A stretch of DNA of 64,000 nucleotides, taken from assembly GCF_009914755.1 (NCBI RefSeq), contig NC_060932.1; one strand, written 5' to 3'. Shown here one piece after another: positions 1-14,744 of the stretch. Both the position numbers and the translations under genes were made by a program. The notes beneath the pieces were generated by a model. It was not told where the DNA came from and did not search any database. It saw nothing but the letters and a program-made list of their open reading frames with translations. Every line of letters begins with the position of its first letter. The first letter of the stretch is position 1. The stretch comes from the human T2T-CHM13v2.0 reference genome, Homo sapiens.

Positions 1-1699
1 CCAGAATTGTGCCCCAAGATGGGAAGGGAACGGAATAAGTGCTTAATGGAATGCAGCAAAAAAAGAGCAAGGATAATTTGCCACGTTCTGGATCATTCCC
101 CATATGCCTTCTTTTATGATTCCAGTTCTTTAGTCTTCACTTAGCATTCAGTGGAGAATTCCCGAGTAAGAAAAAGAATTCTTTCCCATCAAGAATTTTT
201 TCCCATCCAGAAATAGTAAATCACTTTATATATTTATTATTAATGTAACCTCCATATCGCTTGCTGCGTGGGCTCGCTGCCTGCGCTTTCTGGGCTCCTG
301 CCTCTTTGCACCTGGGAATTGTTACCTGCCTGAACCTTGAAGTATTCTTCCACACCTCACCCTCCTGTGACGATGCTCCCACAGAGCAGGCCAAGACATT
401 AAAATAGTGGAATCTATAACATGGATATGAATGAACCTGTAAACAATACCTTGAATGAGATATTGCAAATAACACCTGTAGTACATTTCCTGGCATTCTA
501 TTAAGACTCCAGAACTGCGCATCCTCATCATCACCATTACTGTAGTTATTATTGTTCTAATGCCCAGAAGAATCTCCAGGCAAATTTGTCATCTTCCCTT
601 GTTCGTTGACCTCACTGGGTAAATGAACTGTGACTCTGGACTCATCCTGTGCTTTCTCATGCTTATTGCTTGGGCCTCAGCAAATGGGGCTCCCCCCCGC
701 CCCATTCTCCCCAAACCTCACAGAGTGTGCTGATTTCCAGCATCTTTAGGTCTTACACTGAATTGCATTGTCATGCAGGTAACTGGCACACTCCCTCCCT
801 GTGGGCTGATGATGTTATACAGCATGGACTTAGAAGTAAAAAACCTTTTCAGATTTATTCCAGAACAGCTATATTCCCTTTTCGTAGAGCATCATACTAT
901 TATCTCTTTTTTCTCTCTTCCAAGAAAGCCCAATTTTCCCATCCCACAAGAGAAAAAGAATCCTAACTCTGAGAACACCCCCACGTGTTCCAAATGTGGC
1001 TGCTTTCTTGACTTTCCCAATAGCAAACTCAAAAAATTACACCTTTGTTCTCCTGGGATAATTTGTATAACCTATAAGTTATTTAGCCTTTTAACCCACA
1101 TAGACAGTCTTTATACATTTTATTTTTCATTATTATATTAATAAATAACCAATGTTTCTTAAAGATGAATTAGAAAATATATATGAGTTGCTGTAAATGA
1201 AAAAAAGAAAATTACATATAATCTCAACGGCCAGGAATTGCTATGTTAGCATAATAATGTATGGATTTCCATATTGTCTCATAGAGTCCAGTTCTTGGGA
1301 TGAAATTATTATGTGCATAACATTTTTTAACCTCAATTTAAAATTAAGTTTAACATATTTTGAAACTTTGCTTGTCAATAAATCAAATCTGATGGAATTC
1401 CAACATGGAGGTCCAGTCATGGCAGGAGAGGTGATATGATTAATAGCAAATAGTCTTACTGTTGATTCATCAGCATCCACACAGAATCTAAAAATTGACA
1501 AAACGTCGCTATAGCAGAGAAGCTGTGTTGAACAATTTAATTAAGAGTGCACACCACAATCTGTGATTATCTTCTTGTTTATTTTTTGCTATCTTGTTTC
1601 TTGTCTATCATTCCCTACTAGAACATAAGCACAACATCCAACACATAGCAGGTCCTCAATAAATATCGTCTAGTGAATGAATGAATGAATTATTGAATT

Positions 1700-2110
1700 C
1701 ATATTCTCTCTTGCTGTTCTATAACTAAGTGGATTGTGGCAGGGAGAGAGAGTGCTCTCCAAGTCTCCATGGTCTCCCCTGCATTTCCCAGCATCTCTTG
1801 CAGAGAGGGTATAGCCACATGACAAGTTCTGGCCAATGAACTGTGAATGGGAGTAACCTGTGTCACTCCTAGGCTGTGGCAATTAAGAGCTAGTAATGCT
1901 TCCTGCCTCTCTTTCTTTCCTTGACTCATGACTCTGAAGGCCAGGTGTTTCAGTTGACATAGCTACAGAATGGAAGAAAGACATTTAAACCACAGCAGAC
2001 TTCTGTAAGTGAGAAATAAGGCTTTTTTTTTTTTTTTTCAGTTCATCCACTGATATTTTAGCGTTTCCCTTTTGGGGACTTACTGAAACACAGTCAAGAC
2101 TATCCTGACA
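1700..2110. mobile_element. Old MLT1-type LTR fragment
   Basis: gcatttcccagcatctcttgcag...gccacatgacaagttctggccaatg...gtgagaaataag; a similar fragment lies at about 5055-5545. Confidence 0.6.
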
Positions 2111-2645
2111 CACACAGATAGAAAACCAGAATTAGACATTTGCTCTTTGGTTGTGAGATTGAACAAATTTAATTGACATAAACAGGATATAGCCTATGAT
2201 TATAACCTCATGGTTTTATTTCCTTGTTTGATTTTAAAACACCTACCCTGAAGTGCTTGGCTGAAGGCAAAGCATATAAAATCTGAAAATATTCTGAATG
2301 TAAATTCAGTTTCTTCAGATGTGTCATGGTTTGAAATAAAATATTTTAATTTAGTACGTTATTTAGATTATTTCTATTGTACATTCTAATTTCTCTCAAC
2401 CCATAGGTTGTTTATAGTTTCTGAACAGAAACAATTCCCTTAGAGCTGTAAAAAGGAAAAAATACTTGTGCTTTTGGGGTGTCATATTTTTAGGCTGACA
2501 GCTGCAATGATGCCAAGTAGGATGAAGAGAGAGAGAGCTATTGGTCTGCTGTGGTCAATCAGTTACCTATTTTAGAAGTTCCCAAACTTTCTCAGTTCAT
2601 AGCTATAGTCATTCAGTTATTTATGCATGGGCCCTAGGCCAAAAG

Positions 2646-2775
2646 ATTTATATATATATATAGATATAGATTTATATATACAGATATAGATTTATATATA
2701 TAGATTTATATATATATATAGATTTTTATATATATGCACACACACACACATATATATATACAAATATAGATATAA
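2646..2775. repeat. (TA)n/(TAGA)n/(CA)n compound microsatellite
   Basis: Directly visible. Confidence 0.9.
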
Positions 2776-3063
2776 AACATTTTGGTTTATTAAAGTCCAA
2801 ATAACTTAATGGTAGCATTTGTACAGTGCCTGGCAGATGTCACCTTGTTTCCCTCAAAAGCTTGAAACCTCCTGCAGTGCTCATCTTCTTCACTACAGTG
2901 ACCCAGCGTACCTCAGCACATAGTTTGGGAACCACAGACATCTGATTTAATATTTGTGGGATTTGAGGAGCCCTATCTTTTAAGATCTAGCCTTTCATGA
3001 GCCCCTGTTTTATTGTAAAGAAATCTGAATATCTACTCATAACGTGTCAAAAGGTAGTAACTT

Positions 3064-3178
3064 TTTAAAAAATTGAGACGGGGATCTTGCTATATTGCTC
3101 AGGCTGCTCTCAAACTCCTGTGCTCAAGCAACGCTCTCACCTTGGCCTCCCAAAGTGGCGTGAGCCACCATGCCCAGC
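3064..3178 (-). mobile_element. Free left Alu monomer (FLAM-like)
   Basis: Single monomer flanked by TSD CAAAAGGTAGTAACTT at 3048-3063 and 3179-3194. Confidence 0.85.
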
Positions 3179-4404
3179 CAAAAGGTAGTAACTTGAGCTT
3201 CATGTGAAATTTGGAATTTTGTATTTCATTGAAAGAAGTAGTCACCAGTGTGGATGACAGGTAAGGGTCGCTAGACAGAAGAATGGAGCAGTAAGTCACT
3301 TAGTCTCTGATCATTTCCAGCCTCTGTTTTCTTCCAGAAGTCTGTGCTCTTGTGGGTTTCCTGTGGCCTCTCTAGCTAATCCTTCACGGTTTCTTTGATG
3401 GGCTAATCCTTGCTATGGAGCTTTTATTGTTGACATTCCTCAAGTCCTAGTCCTCAATTTCCATTATAGACTATGAGCAGATGGCCCCAAAATGTAGAAT
3501 ATTTTTCTTCTTACTGGTATTTCCCTTTTAAAATTTCCCCAGTCCTTCAATAAAAGAAAGTCAACCTTGATAACCAGGTGATTGGAGAGATGGAAGGGTA
3601 GGACAGTCAAGAGGTGCCTCCTTGGCTTTCTCTCCCTCAGGCCCCATAAAGAAAAGCTGGATCCCATGAAGGGAACACAGGTGCAGGGGGTGACATGGTG
3701 ACCAGCAGTACAGTGAAGGGGCCACGGTGAGGCAGAACTTGATGGAGACGCATGACCTCCACAGAGAGCATCTCGGGAAGTGACTCCAGAGAGGGAAAGA
3801 GTCCATTTTCCCACAATGTGAGAGCAGGTGTTCTCCACCCTGGATGCTCAGGAGAATCAGCAGAGAATCACTGGGGAGATTTTTAAAGTGCCAGTCCCCT
3901 ACCGTGAAACAATAAAACCAGATTTGGGGATGGGATCCTGGGCATCAGGAATCTAAAAATGCATAGCCAGGGTTGAGAACCACCTTGCTGGAGGAAGCTG
4001 ACCTGAAGAATGAGTGGAGGTGAGGGTAGAGGAGCGTGAACTTGACTCTCTCCCTGCTCTCACCAAAGGTCCAGGAGATGGGAACCTGGACCTGCTGATG
4101 GACATCTTGCCACCATGTATAGCCCAGGAATAAACCTAGCATGGGAGGCTGTGGAGCTGAGCTAGGAAGAGAGTCAAATTTTGCTGACATCATTTGAGAC
4201 ATTCCTGAAGCTAATACTGTTTCTGGAAATGTCAGTTATGTATCCCACATCTTCTCTTTTTACTTAAAACCCAGTATGGCTTGGGTTTTCTGTCTTCGCA
4301 CGGGAACAGCTGAGGACTGCTTGTGTGGTTATTACTGCCTACCTCCTTCTTTAACACCAAAACCTTGGAGGGGCGTTTGCATTTTAGGGATTATATGAAG
4401 GGCT

Positions 4405-5105
<701 letters not shown>

Positions 5106-5894
5106 TAATAGCATTTTTAGCTGAGCTGCTTAGACAAATAGACTACAATTCTTAGTGTCCATTGCCTCTGTGCCAATAGGCACAACTTTGGCCAATAGGA
5201 TGCAAGCAGAAGCACAGCAGTAGCATGTGGAACCCTCAAAAACCAGCAAGAATGGACGCTGTTCTCCAACCTTTCTCCGTTGTGCTATCTGGAACATGGA
5301 TGTCTCCATCTTCAGCTTGAGGAAGAGGCCGTAGGAATGGTGGATGAGTTGGATGAGTAGGATGGTAGTGAGTTGGATGGGGAGCTTGAATCCTCAGAAC
5401 TCCAGGGAACAGAGCCACCACATTGACTGTGGCCTGATACTTCCAGAGTTCATTTATGTGAATGAGAAATAAATTTCTATCTTAATAAGCCAGTGCTATT
5501 TTGGGTTTTCTGTCACTCAAAGTGGAATCTAATTCTAACTAATATCCCCTATTAAGTTTCGTCTTGATAGATTTGGACCGTCACTTTGTGTCTTTGGGCC
5601 CTGATGTCATCATTCAACATCTCCTTTACCCCATCCAGCTATCTGTCATCTGTTAATGAGATCAGCGTGCCCTCAGTACTTCCATCCAAGTCATTAATAA
5701 AAATAGGATCGGGAGAGGGCTGAGGACAGCGGCCTCCAGCCTGCTCCAGCGAGCTCTCTCGTTAGGGTACTGGTGAGCTATCCACCTTGCCTTGGACACT
5801 TCAGAGGTGGTGTGGAGGAACATTGAGGAGTTTCAGCCATAGATCCACAGCTGTCAAGCTTTAGCATACATCAGGAACACCAGAGGGCTTTTTT

Positions 5895-6192
5895 TCTTAA
5901 ATTTAATTTTTAATTTGTTTTAGAGAGAAACTTTTACTCTGTTGCCCAGGCTGGAGTGCAGTGGTGTGATCATAGCTCACTGTAACCTCGAACTCCTGGG
6001 CTCAAGCAATGCTCTTGCCTCAGCCTCCTGAGTAGCTAGGACACGACTATAGGCATGCACCACCATGCCTGGCTAATTTCCTTTCTTTTGTGGAGATAGG
6101 GATCTTGCCATGTTGCCCAGGCTGGCATCAAGCAATTCTCCTACCTCAGCCTCCCAAAGTGCTGGGATTACAGGCGTGAGCCACCAAAGCCC
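5895..6192 (-). mobile_element. AluJ inserted in a MER5-like element
   Basis: Alu consensus motifs; flanks contain MER5-like 'tttctaacaag...ggtgatgctgat...ccactttga'. Confidence 0.8.
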
Positions 6193-6511
6193 AAGTATCA
6201 GTATTTCTAACAAGTCTCAGGTGATGCTGATACTGACAGGTTAGAGGCCCCACTTTGACAACTACCTTTTTTGGAAGGTGAACTGCAAGACAGAACAAAT
6301 ACTTCAAAGTAGTTTGGCTCTAGAAGGTAAGTCCTTCAGGAGACAAGAGGGATGAACTGCAGAATATCTGGTGGAGGATTGGACTATGATGGGACCAGGC
6401 TCTGCATTGGGGCTTATAGGAAGGAGGCCAGCAGAGTGGGGAATGGATGAAGGCAGGTAGGTTGGTCCATTTGATTTTGGGAGGCTTCAGGAGGTTCTGG
6501 GCAATGGCATC

Positions 6512-6814
<303 letters not shown>

Positions 6815-7087
6815 AGTGGCATCTATTTTCTCAGTGAAAAATATGTCAGAAATTAACTGAAGCATTGACTGTTAACTATGTGGGGAGAAATTATGAAGTA
6901 GGGAGCAGCAGGCAAACTCAAGCATGGCTGAGTAACTGTGTAAGGAGGAAATGGACTAATCTTGGCATTAGTACATTACTAAGAACATCTAAGTATTAAC
7001 CTATAAGCAGTTCCAAGGAGGAGATGGCACTGTATTCATCAAGATATCTCCAGGCCCAGCAAAGTGCTTGGTGAGTGCTCAAGTAAT

Positions 7088-7370
7088 TTTTAAATTTTTT
7101 TTTATTATTTTAGAGACAGGATCTCACTCTGCATCTAGGATCCTGGCTCACTGCAGACTCAAACTCCCGGGCTGAAACAACCTTCTTGTCTCAGCCTCCT
7201 GAGTAGCTAGGACTACAGGTGTGTGCTACTATGCCTGGCTAATTTTCTTCTGTAGAGATGGGGTCTCCCTGTGTTGTGTAGCCTGGTCTTGAACACCTAG
7301 GCTCAAGTGAACCTCCTGCCTTGGGCTGCCAAAGCACTAGGATTATAGGCATGAGTCACTATGCCCAGGC
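7088..7370 (-). mobile_element. AluJ
   Basis: Diverged dimeric Alu. Confidence 0.85.
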
Positions 7371-7919
7371 TCCATTCATGTGTAACAATAAATGAGCCTG
7401 TGAAGTTTAATTTTTAGCTTATATTGTCCCTCCAGAACAAAATGGCAGTTCATTAGGTTTACGTGGGTATATTTTGTGTTAATTTTAATGAATTAAAAAA
7501 TAATTTGTTTCACAGACATTATATAATACATGATTGTTTTAAGAGAGATGATATTTCACACAATCATTGGAGTATTATCACACCTTAAAACAAAAAGACT
7601 GTAAAATGCACCGCCACCAAACCCTGAAATGCAGTTTTCTTCCTAAAGTTGAGTTACAGGAAAGTCTAAGAGGTTCTGCTTCATATGAACACCATTTTTG
7701 GCATCCTTCTGACACACGTGAGCTCAGAATCATGGTTCAGCAGCCTCCTGTCTGGGGACATGATAAATAAAGGAATAAATCTGTGGGCACTTGGAATAAC
7801 TTCCTACCAGCTGCAGAGATGGGGATTGGCCTAAAACCACTGCCGGTTCTGACATGAAGTTAAGAGCGGTGGAAAGTCAGAGGATAGCTTTATCATTAAA
7901 ACTGGTCTATACAGTAGGG

Positions 7920-8030
7920 GATGGTGACCAAATGTCTTGATTTGCCTGGGACTAAGGGGAATACCAGGATGTGGATTTTGCACTGCTACATCTAGGATAG
8001 TCCCGGGCAAACCAGGACAAGCCAGTCACC
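7920..8030. mobile_element. Small non-autonomous DNA transposon (MER94-like) with terminal inverted repeats
   Basis: ggtgaccaaatgtcttgatttgcctgggacta is an imperfect inverted match to tagtcccgggcaaaccaggacaagccagtcacc. Confidence 0.6.
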
Positions 8031-10330
8031 ATTGCCGGGCTGTCCATGCTGGAGAAAAAAATCCAAAATAGTCGCTCATACAGCAAGGCTGCTGTTTTGA
8101 TTTCTGGTAGGAAGCAGAGCCGGCTTCGTGGGCATGGGACTGGTATAGCAGAGTCGAATAGGACTCAGAAGAACTCATTCTTAGTTTGATGCTCTGCTGT
8201 AATTTGAAATTCTTCCTCATTTTTGAACAAAAGGCCGTACATTTTCATTGTGTACTGGGTCCTGCATGGTCTGCAGCTGGTCCGCAGATTATGGAGAAGA
8301 GAACTGGGGGTTCTTCCTGCCTTTATTCCTATGTGGCCTAACGTGAGAAGGGTTTTCTCTCCCTCTCTCTCCTTCTCCCTCTCCCTTTCTCATTGTTCCC
8401 TCCCCTCCCCTCCCCTTCTTTATCTTCCACCCCCTCCCTCTCCTCTTTCTGCTTTAAGCAAAATGTGTGCAAGCATTATTTTATCCATTATATTTTTTCA
8501 TAGTCCATGCCATCTTATCACAGGTGTCTGTGTTTAAAAAAAAAAACAAACTTGGTTCACATGCAGCACTTCCACCCTGGATGTGTTTCTCCCAGCAAGA
8601 AAAAGTGAGCAGGAGAAGGACAGATAAAATATTTGGAAGTTTAAGAAAGTGTGGCAGCAATACCAGTTGAGGCGTCTCCAGGCTCACAGCAGGAAGAAGC
8701 CACCCTCTGGATCAAAGGGAACCCCCTCAGCAAAGATGAAAGGGGTGATAATTGTAAGTTAAGAGAGAGAGTTTTATAACAGAGGTGATAATAACAGCTG
8801 CATGGCAGGAAACTCAGGGAGCGTTACATTGGGGCTGGGTGGGTGGGGCCCAGGCAGGTCCACTGGGGAATCTCTCCTAAAACTCTGTGCTATGGGAAAT
8901 CTGAATTCTCTCCAAGTTATTTCTGCTTTCCTTCTTGGATGTCAAAATCACACTTTTCAAACAAAGGGTGTCATTGTGGTGTTTACTTATGCTTTTGCAA
9001 TTTTAAATGTGGAAGGTAAGGAGGACAGGGTGGGCTGAGACAGGGTAAACAACACTGAATTTGGAGTGTGAGGCCAGGTGGCTGAGCTGGGTACAAGGTT
9101 GTAAAGGCCACTTTGAGGCACTGGCTGAGCTCAGCTGTGTCTTCACCTTGACCGCACCTCCTGCAGGGAGGAACGTCCCTGGGGAGCAGCAGGGCAAGCC
9201 TGGAAGGGGAGGCGAGCGTGGTCCCATCAGCGCCACCCGCCTGGCGCCTCCTCCGGTGCACGGGGCTCACCTGAGCCATCTGAGCACATCTGAGCTACCT
9301 AGGTCAGCGCATGAGGAGGTCACCTGTTTGGGGCAACAGGATGCCAAGCACCGCAGCTTAGAAAGGTTAAGTGGAGCAGAGCCTGCTGTGCCAAACGCAC
9401 GCTCTTTGAGATTTTAAACGTATTTTTTTTCTCCCTGTCTTTGCATGGGTAGGGTGTCAAAGCCATCTGGGGGATGAGGCATGAGAATGGGAGTTGGGAT
9501 CTGCTGCAGGGATTCTGCCCCAGGCGCTGGAAGGTTGCTCAACTCTCGTGGGTTCTCTTTCCTCCTCCCTTGCATGTAGGCAGTAGGGTTAAGAATAGCT
9601 CTGTGAAGGTCTGGGTAAAGTAATCTGGCCTTCTAGGGTGGAGGTAGGGGGTGAGGATGGTAGAATTATACTGTAAATACACAGTATGACCTGGCTGGAA
9701 AATGATAATTTGTAAAGCATAGAAATCTTGGCTGTGTGTATATGTTTGGCTCCCCATTTATATTAAACTAAGTGATGAATGACTTTCAGGCAATGAGGCA
9801 GAAAAGCAAAAGCATTTCTAAGTGGCTGCCGAAAAGTCCAGGGGAAGAATACCAAACCCAGGCCTCCTCCTGCTTTGTTGCTAAAATGCCCTTGCATTGT
9901 AAAAGCTGTACTTTCAAGCTCTGGTTCAACAATATGAAAACTCAGAACTGCCGATAGATGATTTAAAAATGATTATGCATATCCAGACAGCTCTAGATGT
10001 AACTTTTATTAAAGAGTATACATTTAAAAAAATTGTTGGGGTCTTTGTGAGGTTAACTCAGGTTTCCCTTGGAAAATAGGCTATATTTGTGTGTTAAGGT
10101 AAAACTTTCCCAGCAAGGTAAATATTTAAGAAAATAATGACAACGTCACCATTTTATGAAAGATAGAGGTAATTGAAATGATTGCTAAATGGTGAATATC
10201 TAATTTCAAAACATATGCCTATATTTATTTTGTTCTCTTTTAAAACACATCTTAAGACTTAATTTTCTAGCCTTGGCAAGGCAACTTAAATTTTTAAAAA
10301 ATCTATTTTTAGCACAAGGTTTTACTGAGT

Positions 10331-10349
10331 TGTCCACCAGAGGGCAGTA
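10331..10349 (+). promoter_or_regulatory. CTCF binding motif
   Basis: TGTCCACCAGAGGGCAGTA closely matches the CTCF consensus TGGCCACCAGGGGGCGCTA and stands out in AT-rich unique sequence. Confidence 0.7.
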
Positions 10350-11114
10350 TTTGATAAATGTTTAATAAAAATATACATTCACTGTAATTTATGGAAATCA
10401 TATCTTTCATTTGTTTTTATTAACAATGATATTAATAGAAAGCACTTCCTTCCATCCACAGAAATAAAGTGAGGAAGCTCTGCAGGGTGTTTGGTTTCCA
10501 CGTGGGGTAAATAGTTCTGAAAGCAGCATATATTAAGTTGTAAAGTGTATGTTTGTTTCATAGCCTTCAAGATGAAAGAAGCAGTCAAAGGAACTACAGA
10601 TGATTTAGGTAGTACTTTACAAGCCCTGGATTGATCCTATTGGCTTGCTAAAAAGGAGTTTGGTTGTTTCAACTCAATCTCCAACACGCTATTTACCCTC
10701 CCTGGGAAACAATCCAAATTTGGCCACATCCCATATGCTAGAAAAAGCTCAGAGCCAGAGCCAACTGTGGGTTTGCCTGAGGTGGCAGAACAGCATGAGG
10801 AGAGGTTGCAGGCTGGTTTCCAGGGGCCAGAAACATCATAACCACACCCGCGGGGCCGTCGTGATTGGGAGGCCGTAGGGAGTTATGCCTGGCTCCTACG
10901 AGGTCGTCAATAAATGTTGGTTTCTCTCCTATTCACTTGCTGTGTAATTATGTATTACTTTGTGGTGTTTTTTTGTTTGCAGTATTTACAATTTTAAAAA
11001 ATTAAAGAAACATATGCACATGGTAAGCAAACAGTATAAGGTGGTGTAGAATTAAAAATGTCTTTCTGAACCCACCCACCAGACCCACTCTCCAGAGATG
11101 AACATCTGCAACAA

Positions 11115-11424
11115 TTTTTTTTTTTTTTTTTGAGACCAGGTCTTGCTATGTTGCCCAGGTTGGAGTGCAGTGGCTATTCACAGGTGTGAGCCTACTATTA
11201 ATCAGCACGGGAATTTAAACCTGGTTCATTTCTGACCTGGTCTGGTTCACCCCTCCTTAGGCAACCTGGTGGTCCCCTGCTCCCGTGAGGTCACCCTATT
11301 GTTGCTGAACTTAGTGTGGACACCCGATTGGGATAGCGCACTAGAGCCCAGAACTCCTGGACTCAAGCAACCTCAGCCTCTTGAGTAGCTGGGACTGCAG
11401 ACATATGCCATCATGTCGGCTGGC
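11115..11424 (-). pseudogene. 7SL (SRP RNA) processed pseudogene, near full length
   Basis: Alu-like ends enclose the 7SL S-domain (plus strand ttcacccctccttaggcaacctggtggtcccc...tcaccctattgttgctgaacttagtg); T-run 11115-11131 is the poly(A). Confidence 0.92.
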
Positions 11425-14400
11425 AGCAAAAATTTTTGTATATCATTCAGAAAATTTTCATACAGAAACTTGCCTATATAGACATCTGTATGTCCCATAG
11501 ACATTTTTATGCAAATAGGAGCAAACTATATGACATTAGCTTGCACCTTGCTTTTTTTGTTCAATGATGCATCTTGGAAATCTTTCCAATTTTATTTCTT
11601 AACTTTTCCCATTTTATTTCCAGTGAGACATATTTCTCCATGGCAGGAACTTTGTTATAAGTATTTTCTTTTCCTCTTTACCTCACAGTTTCTGAGAGAA
11701 TACTATTAACATATGAGGTGTTTAAAAACGATTCTGGGGTTGATTAGTTGGAAGGTCAGTCTGTTCCTGGCAAAATGGGAGAAGGAGGAAGGAAAGGTTA
11801 TAATCACATAGAATAATTTTTATTGTTCATTTCCACAAAAATGAGAATTGGAAAGAGTACATTGGGTCTTGTGTAGTATTTTTCTTAGCCTCTAACTGCT
11901 TGAATTTGACAGCAAATGCTTGTATTATTTGGCATGTGGGTTGCCCCAGCTCCTCTCATTTGTCGTTCAGTGGTGAGCTGTGCCTTTGGATCACCAGGTC
12001 TTCATAATCTCATATTAATGACTGATGCTCTGTGATAACAGGGCATGAAGGGAGGTTCAGAAGCCAAAGATGGCATTCATGTAGGTCTGTTGGTACACAC
12101 TATACAGCCTTGACAATTGTCCTTCATTTTAAAGGCCGTGTATTAGGATAGTTGAAATCACATACAGCAGTCTTACTACTTTTTACAGTGCATCCTTCAT
12201 TGAGCGTTTATAGCCTTGATTTGAGAAAACCTTTTTTGTTACTCAAATATCTATGCATTTTATCATTTAGAAATAATCATACTTAGGGGACTGCATTGTG
12301 GTGTAACCTTTCAAACATTTGAAAAGTCCCTTGCATAGTTTTAATAGTGAGTTACTACCATTTCCTACTGAATAAAGGTTAAGTTTCTTAGGTTGGGACA
12401 TGATCACAGCAAATCTTGAATGTTTATTTGTGTCCAAGGATCCACGTGCCAGCAAAGTAGACTCTCTGTTCCCCAAATGTGTCCTCACTGTCTGGGCCTT
12501 TTTTTTCCCCCTTGTTTGCCTGTCTGAAGTTCCACCCATGTCTTAAGGTCCAGCTTCGACGCTACCATTTGGATTCAAGCTAGCGGACTGTGCGGTACGC
12601 TGTGTGCAGAGACGCGCCCATAGCTCTGGGGAAACAATATGGATAAGGCACGTTTTCCTCTCTGCCAGCAGCTCTGTGGGTAATGGTGGCCACAGCCAGG
12701 TGGGCAGTGCTGCAGCGGAGGCCTCACATGGGCTACAGGAGAAGAGGGAGGGATTAGTTAGTTCTGGAGATTAATTTGTGGTTTCCCAGAGGTGACACTC
12801 GAGTTGGTTTTTCAAGAGTCTGAAGACTTATTTGGACAGATGCCAGGAGTGGAAGGATATTCCAGATCTGAACAAAGGCTGTGAGTATTTTCTAGTGATG
12901 CTGGCAAATAGCCTGTGTCTAAAGGGTTCGGTGTGTGTGGAAGCGGCTAGAGCTAACCAGGCTTAGGTTCTGAAGAGCCCTGATTGTCTCAGAGCTCAGG
13001 AGTTTGGAATGGAAGGCCATGCAAGGAGTCTGTGCAAGGGAGGATTGAATGGATGATGCCTGTCTTCATCAAAGAGGTCAGGCAGGGAGAGAGGAGAGAA
13101 TTACATGGGTCTCATACACACTGAGTTTAGGGTGCATCAGGGACCTCTCGCTGGTGATTTCTAATAAGATTTGGGAAGCTCAGCGGGGCCAGGAATGGGG
13201 CCGTGGGAGTACAAGTTAACAAAAGCATTTTCTCCTTCCCTATGAACAAAACGATCTTGGGTTAACTTTCTAGCCCTGTTATCCTGGAAACCTGCTAGAA
13301 GTGCTAGCTGTGTTACCAGGCAACACCGCTGATGCTAAGAATGGCTTGTGATTGGTAAGCTGCATATGGACAGGGAGGACCAGGAGTGAACATGACTGTG
13401 CAGGGAGGACGCATAGCTTTGGGCTTACTGGGTGCCCTGACTTGTAATGGGGCATTCTGCTTGCTGGGACTCGAGAGCTGTGGCTCAGCAGAAATAGTTC
13501 CTGATGGGTAGGGGCCAGGGAGGCTTCTGCACCCACCTGTATGTTCTCAGGCCCTCATCTCTGACCTGTGACTCAGGCCCTTAAAACTAACCATTGGACT
13601 TCTGGGAGCGCTCCTCCTGGTGTGCTGTTTCCTGCTCCATTCCTCAAGTGAAGCCAGCATTGAGTGAGGCTTCTTGGAGCCTGTAAGTTCTCCTAGCTTA
13701 GCCTAAGACTACCAAGAGTGGACATCTCAGGAAATAAGTCAGATTTATTTATATGTGACAGGCAAGATTTCTACTGTTCTAACGTATTAAAGAGAATATT
13801 CTGACTTCGTGTGATCAACTTGTTCCTCCACTGACCCCCTCCGGTGAGCCAGGCATGTGTCCTTAGCATTTAGCACATCAGTGCCTGTCACATGGCAGGC
13901 AATGCTCAGGCAGTAATTGTTGCATAAAAGAGATCAATAAATATTTGTTGATTACTTTCCACATTTCAAGTACTATGCTGGTTTCCAGGATACAAATTCA
14001 TGTCAATGTACAGTATACTCTTTCTCTCAAAGAATTCACATTCTATTAGACAGAAAACAGAATTTGTCACAGAGTATGCAAAGGGGAATAATGAATGAAT
14101 GACTCACACGGTTGATATTATTGTCTTACAGTAGCAAAAATGAACCCTCAGTCAGGACCCATTTTATATAGTATGCCTTTATTACTTCTTTTCAAATTTA
14201 TATTTACATTATCAGATTTTCCTGTCTCTCTCCCTACCAATGAGTCACTAATTGTCATCATGGTCATCATTTTCATCATCATTGTCATCATAAGCGTTGG
14301 CGTCATCACTTGGAGAGCACATATTGCTTGCCAGGGATGGTGCTAAGTGACCTATTGGGATTATCTAGTTGAATCCTCTAACAGCCCTACAAGGTAATTA

Positions 14401-14744
14401 CTAAAATTATCCCCATTTTACAGATAAGAAAACTAAGTTGGTAGAAGCAGGATTCAAAACTGGAAGGCTGACTCCAGAGCCCACTCTCCACCAGCCTGCT
14501 GCTTGCTGCCCTCTCACCTCGGGTATTTAGGTGGCCTGTGAAATGAAGCCTAGGCATTTGTGTGCTGGAGCCATAAAAACAACAAAGCTACATCTTGTGT
14601 ATATATGGAAATAAAGTTAACGATTCTTCAAGTGTTTCACAGGTACAGTAGATTTAGGACAGTTGTAGTAACAATGTCTAGTTCTCTATTACAAATATGC
14701 CAAGTGAGAAATCAAAAATATTCCTCTCCATGTAGGACTTTAAA

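Noticed and set aside
221-537. Minus-strand ORFs with donor-like sites near 325 and 360
   Set aside because: No recognisable protein similarity and no partner exons; a lncRNA exon cannot be excluded but is unsupported.
11115-11424. Functional 7SL RNA gene
   Set aside because: It has a poly(A) tail, many substitutions, CpG decay and a small deletion, consistent with a processed pseudogene.
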